A DNA stretch of 64,000 nucleotides, from the NCBI GenBank assembly GCA_963713865.1, contig OY970208.1:2496001-2560000 (forward strand). Reading direction: 5' to 3'. Each line of letters starts with the position of its first letter. Positions within the stretch are counted from its first letter, which is position 1. Shown piece after piece: positions 59,568 through 64,000 of this stretch. The notes below the pieces were generated by a model. That model ran no database searches. It saw only the letters and a list, made by a program, of their open reading frames with translations, and was not told where the DNA came from. This DNA comes from an uncultured candidate division Zixibacteria bacterium. GTDB lineage: Bacteria > Zixibacteria > MSB-5A5 > RBG-16-43-9. The position numbers and the translations under genes were made by a program.

Positions 59568-61853
59568 ATGCTTAAAAAAACATCCTTCATAATTTTTCTT
59601 TTAGTTCTTTTTACCTGTTCATTTTCATCCTCTCAGAACCTGACTGTCTCCCGAATAGAAGTAGAGGGTAATAAATCCGCAGACAAATCCTTAATCCTTT
59701 TAGCCTCTGGATTCACTAAAGGCTCTCCTTTAGAGCTGCCCAGTATTCAGAGAGCCATAAAAAGGATTTATGCCTTAGACCTTTTCTCCGATGTAAAGCT
59801 TTTAGCTTCCCAGACCCCGGAAGGGGTTATCCTCACCATTAAGGTTAAGGAGTATCCTAAACTGGTGGAGCTGAATATAGAGGGCAACAAGAAATTCAAG
59901 CAAAAAGAGATGGAAGAGAAATTAAATCTTAAAGTCGGAATGCAGATAAGCCCACAGCAGGTGCAGGAGGGTATAAATATCATCCAGGCACTTTATAAAG
60001 AGAAAGGTTATCTGACAACTAAGGTGGAATCAGAGTTAAAGCTAAAAGAAACGGAAGAAGAAATAGTACTGGTATATAAAATAGACGAAGGCAAAAAAGT
60101 AAAAATAAAGAAGATCTATGTTCAGGGGACTAAGGACTTCACTGAAGGCAAAATCAAAAAACAGATGAAAAACAAAGAGGACAACTGGATCAGAAGCGGA
60201 GAATTCAACTCGGAAAAATATCAAGAGGATAAGGAGAAGATTATAGAATTCTATAAGAAGAACGGATATTTGGAAGCTGAGATCTTAAAAGACTCGATCT
60301 GGTTTGACCCTTCGGGAAAAGATATGTATATAAAGCTTTTCCTGTCTGAAGGAGAAAGGTGTAAATTCGGGGAGATAAGTTTTCAGGGGAATAATATCTA
60401 TTCTGGCGAAAAACTGAAAAAAGTAGTGAAGTTCAGATCAGGTGAGTTTTTCGATCAGAAAAAATACGAGGAGACCTTAACTGAGATCTACAATCTGTAT
60501 CAGGAAGAAGGGTATATCTATGTACAGATCTCCGATGTTACCTCCACCCAGGGGAATGTGGTTGATATCGACTATCAGATAACTGAAGGAGTTCCAGCCA
60601 ATGTTCATTTTGTGAAGATCGAAGGGAATACCAAGACCAAGGAGAAGGTTATCCGCCGGGAGCTTTCGATTTTACCCGGCCAGAGATTCCGTCGCTCAAT
60701 CCTTATGAGGAGCATTCGGGACGTGATGTATCTGAACTATTTCTCTAATGCAACCCCGGACCTTGAAGTCTTACCTAACGGAGATATAGACCTTATAATC
60801 AAAGTTGAGGAAAAACCAACTGGCTCCATAAATTTTGGAGCAGGGTACAGCGAAAGTGATAAGTTGGTAGGTTCCGTCGGGCTGGGTATACCCAATCTTT
60901 TCGGGAATGGTCAGAATGTTGATTTGAGCTGGGAATTCGGAAAAACGACGAACACTGTTCAGCTCAGCTTCACCGAGCCCTGGTTCAGAGATACACCGAC
61001 CTCTGTGGGAGTAGACCTTTATCAGACTAACCGGAGATGGTATGATTATTATACTGAGGGTAGAACCGGGGTTGGGTTAAGATTGGGTAGAAGGCTTAGC
61101 TGGCCAGATAATTACTGCAGACTCTATGCCAAGTACAGGTTAGAAAATGTGCGATACTTTGATTTCTCTGATAGTTACCTGGAAGCCTACAAAGATAGCC
61201 CTTACAACCTGCAATTAATAGATTGGCCTCAGAGGACCTCCAGTTTTGATTTCACACTGACCAGGGATTCCAGGGACCTGCCCCAGTTTGCAACTTCAGG
61301 GTCCATTATATCCTGGAACTCCGAGTTTGCTGGAGGTATTTTAGGAGGGAACTGGTCTTATCATAAACATGTATTTGAGTTTTCCAAGTATAAAAAAACT
61401 TTCTGGAAATTCGTACTGGTAGCAAAAGTTCGAGCCGGGTTAATCGATGGATATAACCGTAAATCCAATGTCCCCTATAGTGAAAGGTTTGCCCCAGGTG
61501 GAACAGACCCGGATGGGATGGTAAGGGGTTATCCAGATGGATGGATCGGGCCTAGAGATTCTGATGGCAATCTTATCAGAGGTAGAAGCATTCTGGTCTA
61601 TAACTTAGAATATCAGTACCCCATTATGGAGCAGCAGATCTACGGGCTATTTTTTGCAGATGCGGGGAATGCCTGGCTTAGTGGCAGACAGATCTCTCCT
61701 CTTTCCTTCAGACATCTTTACAAATCAGTCGGTTTCGGTTTCAGGATGATTGTGCCTAACCTGGGAATGATCGGTTTCGATTTTGGTTATGGGTTCGACT
61801 ATCCAGGGGGAAACAAGTGGAGACCTCACTTCCAGTTCGGTAGATCTTTTTAA
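59568..61853 (+). CDS. bamA: Outer membrane protein assembly factor BamA
   Basis: POTRA repeats (IEVEGN, GNTKTKEKVIRREL), NLFGNGQ, MVRGY, terminal Phe. Confidence 0.96.
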   Translation: MLKKTSFIIFLLVLFTCSFSSSQNLTVSRIEVEGNKSADKSLILLASGFTKGSPLELPSIQRAIKRIYALDLFSDVKLLASQTPEGVILTIKVKEYPKLVELNIEGNKKFKQKEMEEKLNLKVGMQISPQQVQEGINIIQALYKEKGYLTTKVESELKLKETEEEIVLVYKIDEGKKVKIKKIYVQGTKDFTEGKIKKQMKNKEDNWIRSGEFNSEKYQEDKEKIIEFYKKNGYLEAEILKDSIWFDPSGKDMYIKLFLSEGERCKFGEISFQGNNIYSGEKLKKVVKFRSGEFFDQKKYEETLTEIYNLYQEEGYIYVQISDVTSTQGNVVDIDYQITEGVPANVHFVKIEGNTKTKEKVIRRELSILPGQRFRRSILMRSIRDVMYLNYFSNATPDLEVLPNGDIDLIIKVEEKPTGSINFGAGYSESDKLVGSVGLGIPNLFGNGQNVDLSWEFGKTTNTVQLSFTEPWFRDTPTSVGVDLYQTNRRWYDYYTEGRTGVGLRLGRRLSWPDNYCRLYAKYRLENVRYFDFSDSYLEAYKDSPYNLQLIDWPQRTSSFDFTLTRDSRDLPQFATSGSIISWNSEFAGGILGGNWSYHKHVFEFSKYKKTFWKFVLVAKVRAGLIDGYNRKSNVPYSERFAPGGTDPDGMVRGYPDGWIGPRDSDGNLIRGRSILVYNLEYQYPIMEQQIYGLFFADAGNAWLSGRQISPLSFRHLYKSVGFGFRMIVPNLGMIGFDFGYGFDYPGGNKWRPHFQFGRSF

Positions 61854-61868
61854 GTAACGGAGGGAAAA

Positions 61869-62411
61869 ATGTCAAAGCTGAGTATTAAAAACAGGGCTTA
61901 TTTTTTATTTTTGCTCATCTTTTTAGTTTTATTTACCAACAAAGCCCTTCCCCAGGAAGGTAAAATCGGTTATATCGACTCGATGAGACTCAAAACCGAT
62001 TATAAGGAGTTCGCTGACGTTCAGGCTAAATTTGACCAGCAATTAGCTGGGTGGCAGAGCCAGGCAGATAGCTTGAAAAAAACCGTGGATAGTCTGCAGT
62101 CAGATTTCGATAATCAAAGCTTGCTTTTAAGCGAGGAGAAGAAAAAGGAGAAAGAGAATCTTATCGAGCAAAAGAAGAGTGAATATACCAGCTTCGTCAA
62201 TCAAGCCTTTGGTCCCGGGGGAAAGATGGAAAAGCTGAATGCAGAGCTGACCAAACCGATCCTGGATAAGATTAATACTGTTCTGGAAAAGATTGCTTTA
62301 GAGAACAATTATATAGTGATCTTCGATGCGGTTAATGGAAATATCGCCTGGGCAAAGAAAGGGCTGGACTTAACTGAGATGGTGCTGGAAGAATTGAATA
62401 AGATGCAATAA
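61869..62411 (+). CDS. skp: Skp/OmpH chaperone
   Basis: KIGYID, coiled coil, DLTEMVL; follows bamA. Confidence 0.92.
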   Translation: MSKLSIKNRAYFLFLLIFLVLFTNKALPQEGKIGYIDSMRLKTDYKEFADVQAKFDQQLAGWQSQADSLKKTVDSLQSDFDNQSLLLSEEKKKEKENLIEQKKSEYTSFVNQAFGPGGKMEKLNAELTKPILDKINTVLEKIALENNYIVIFDAVNGNIAWAKKGLDLTEMVLEELNKMQ

Positions 62412-62470
62412 TTTTAAATTTGATCGAATTTATCCGGAATAAATCCAATTAGAAATCCTTGGGAAACTTA

Positions 62471-63505
62471 ATGGAAAGAACCTTAGAGGAAATAGCTGCT
62501 CTACTTCAAGGAGAGCTTATCGGGGATGGTTCGGTTAAGATCAGAGGAATGGCTGGAATTGAAGAAGCCCAGCCCGGGGAGCTAACTTTTATGGTAAATC
62601 CTAAATATCAGGTATATCTAAAGAATACTAAAGCCTCCGGGGTAATAGTGGGCAAGGAGATTGAAAAATTAAAAATCCCTGTAATCCGTCATAATAATCC
62701 CTATTATGCTTTTTGCAAAGCCTTAGAGCTTTTCGCCATAAAAAAAGACTATCCGGAAAAGATTCATAAAAGCGCTATATTAGGTGAAGAGGTTAAAATC
62801 GGGAAGGGTGTGCACATAGGACCAATTGTAATCATTGGCGATAGAGTAAAAATAGAAGATAAGGTGGTGATTTTAGCAGGAAGTTTTATAGGGAATGACT
62901 CAACTATAGGTGAAGAAAGTTTCATCTATCCCCGGGTAACTATCCGGGAAGGATGCTTAATTGGCAGAAAGGTTATTCTTCATAGTGGTGCAGTGATTGG
63001 AAGCGATGGATTTGGTTATGCTAAACAGGATGGAGTTTACCATAAGATACCCCAGATCGGGAAAGTGGTTTTAGAAGACGACGTGGAAATTGGAGCAAAT
63101 ACTACCATCGATCGAGCCACCTTAGGTGAGACCAGAATAGGGAAAGGAACAAAAATCGATAATCTGGTTCAGATAGGACATAATGTAACCATTGGAGAGA
63201 ATTCGATCTTAGCCGGACAGGTTGGGATCTCCGGAAGCACAAAAATTGGTAAAAATGTGACTATGGGTGGGCAGGTAGGAGTAGCCGGTCATATAAAGAT
63301 CGGAGATAATGTTATGGTTGGTGCCCAGACCGGCGTTACTAAATCTATCCCTTCAAATATTATAGTGTCAGGTTATCCTGTCAGAGAGCACGGTAAAGCC
63401 AAAAAGATAGAAGCCTGTATTACCCTTTTACCTCTTTATGTTAAGAAGATCAGAGAGCTGGAGAAAAAAATAAAAGATTTGGAAAAGAAGATAAAAGAAA
63501 GATAA
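62471..63505 (+). CDS. lpxD: UDP-3-O-acylglucosamine N-acyltransferase
   Basis: NPYYAF, hexapeptide repeats, [17 protein letters not shown]. Confidence 0.96.
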   Translation: MERTLEEIAALLQGELIGDGSVKIRGMAGIEEAQPGELTFMVNPKYQVYLKNTKASGVIVGKEIEKLKIPVIRHNNPYYAFCKALELFAIKKDYPEKIHKSAILGEEVKIGKGVHIGPIVIIGDRVKIEDKVVILAGSFIGNDSTIGEESFIYPRVTIREGCLIGRKVILHSGAVIGSDGFGYAKQDGVYHKIPQIGKVVLEDDVEIGANTTIDRATLGETRIGKGTKIDNLVQIGHNVTIGENSILAGQVGISGSTKIGKNVTMGGQVGVAGHIKIGDNVMVGAQTGVTKSIPSNIIVSGYPVREHGKAKKIEACITLLPLYVKKIRELEKKIKDLEKKIKER

Positions 63506-63604
63506 AGAAAAATTTTGACTTTGAAGAACGTAAACTTAATGGATCTTTATTCAGTTTGTAAGAAATAATCGTAATGATTTGTGTAAAGAGATTTGGAGGT
63601 AAAG

Positions 63605-64000
63605 ATGGCATATAAAGTTTTCATAAGCCATAGCACCCGAGATCAAGGCCTGGTAATATCGCTGGCTAAACTACTTTCAGAGTTTGGAGTTGATACATTT
63701 GTTGCGGAGTGGTATCTCACGCCCGGCAAAAGACTTGATGAAAAAGTGGTTAAGCAAATTAGAAATTCAAATTGCCTAGTTGTTTTGTTAACAAAAAATG
63801 GCGTAAGGTCAAATTGGGTTCAGCAAGAAATAGGAGTTGCATTGAATTCCGAAATTCCTCTAATCCCGTTAGTTGAGAAGGGAATTGACCCAAAAGATTT
63901 GGGATCATTACAGGGGAAGGAGTATATCGAATATGACCCATTTCAATCTCAGAAGGCTCTGGTAAAAGCATCTACCTATGTGAGATCGCTGAAGTTGAAG
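63605..64000 (+). CDS. TIR-domain protein, 3' end outside window
   Basis: Manual translation MAYKVFISHSTRD...CLVVLLT...SNWVQQEIGVA...IPLIPL; GGAGG RBS. Confidence 0.88.
   Translation, partial: MAYKVFISHSTRDQGLVISLAKLLSEFGVDTFVAEWYLTPGKRLDEKVVKQIRNSNCLVVLLTKNGVRSNWVQQEIGVALNSEIPLIPLVEKGIDPKDLGSLQGKEYIEYDPFQSQKALVKASTYVRSLKLK

Overview
AT-rich bacterial chromosome segment. The gene order and proteins suggest an FCB-group organism such as Ca. Zixibacteria, but that is inference only. Most of the window is a long minus-strand housekeeping tract (fusA-like, Hel308-like helicase, pepF, tRNA-Leu, rne/rng, fmt, def, yajC, tgt, radA, mlaEF, dnaB, udg, coaBC, purHCN, fprA, two glnA, recN, nadK, dxs, ispA, xseAB, larBC, dusB). 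A plus-strand block follows: FHA protein, metallophosphatase, CHASE2-kinase, rplU, bamA, skp, lpxD and a TIR protein running off the end. Overlaid on this is a dense set of small repeats: three RAYT-type HUH transposases each with its own REP family, nested palindromes, intergenic heptamer arrays, and a 37-nt element sitting in-frame inside two unrelated genes. Several accessory blocks are bracketed by diverged direct repeats, two of which carry a second version of a gene's 3' end (a GC-rich island at pepF and a block nested inside it); a TPR gene is bracketed by a palindrome-containing repeat. A fused methyltransferase-nuclease lies between dxs and nadK. Five single-base frameshifts fall in two recurring sequence contexts and are probably sequencing artefacts.
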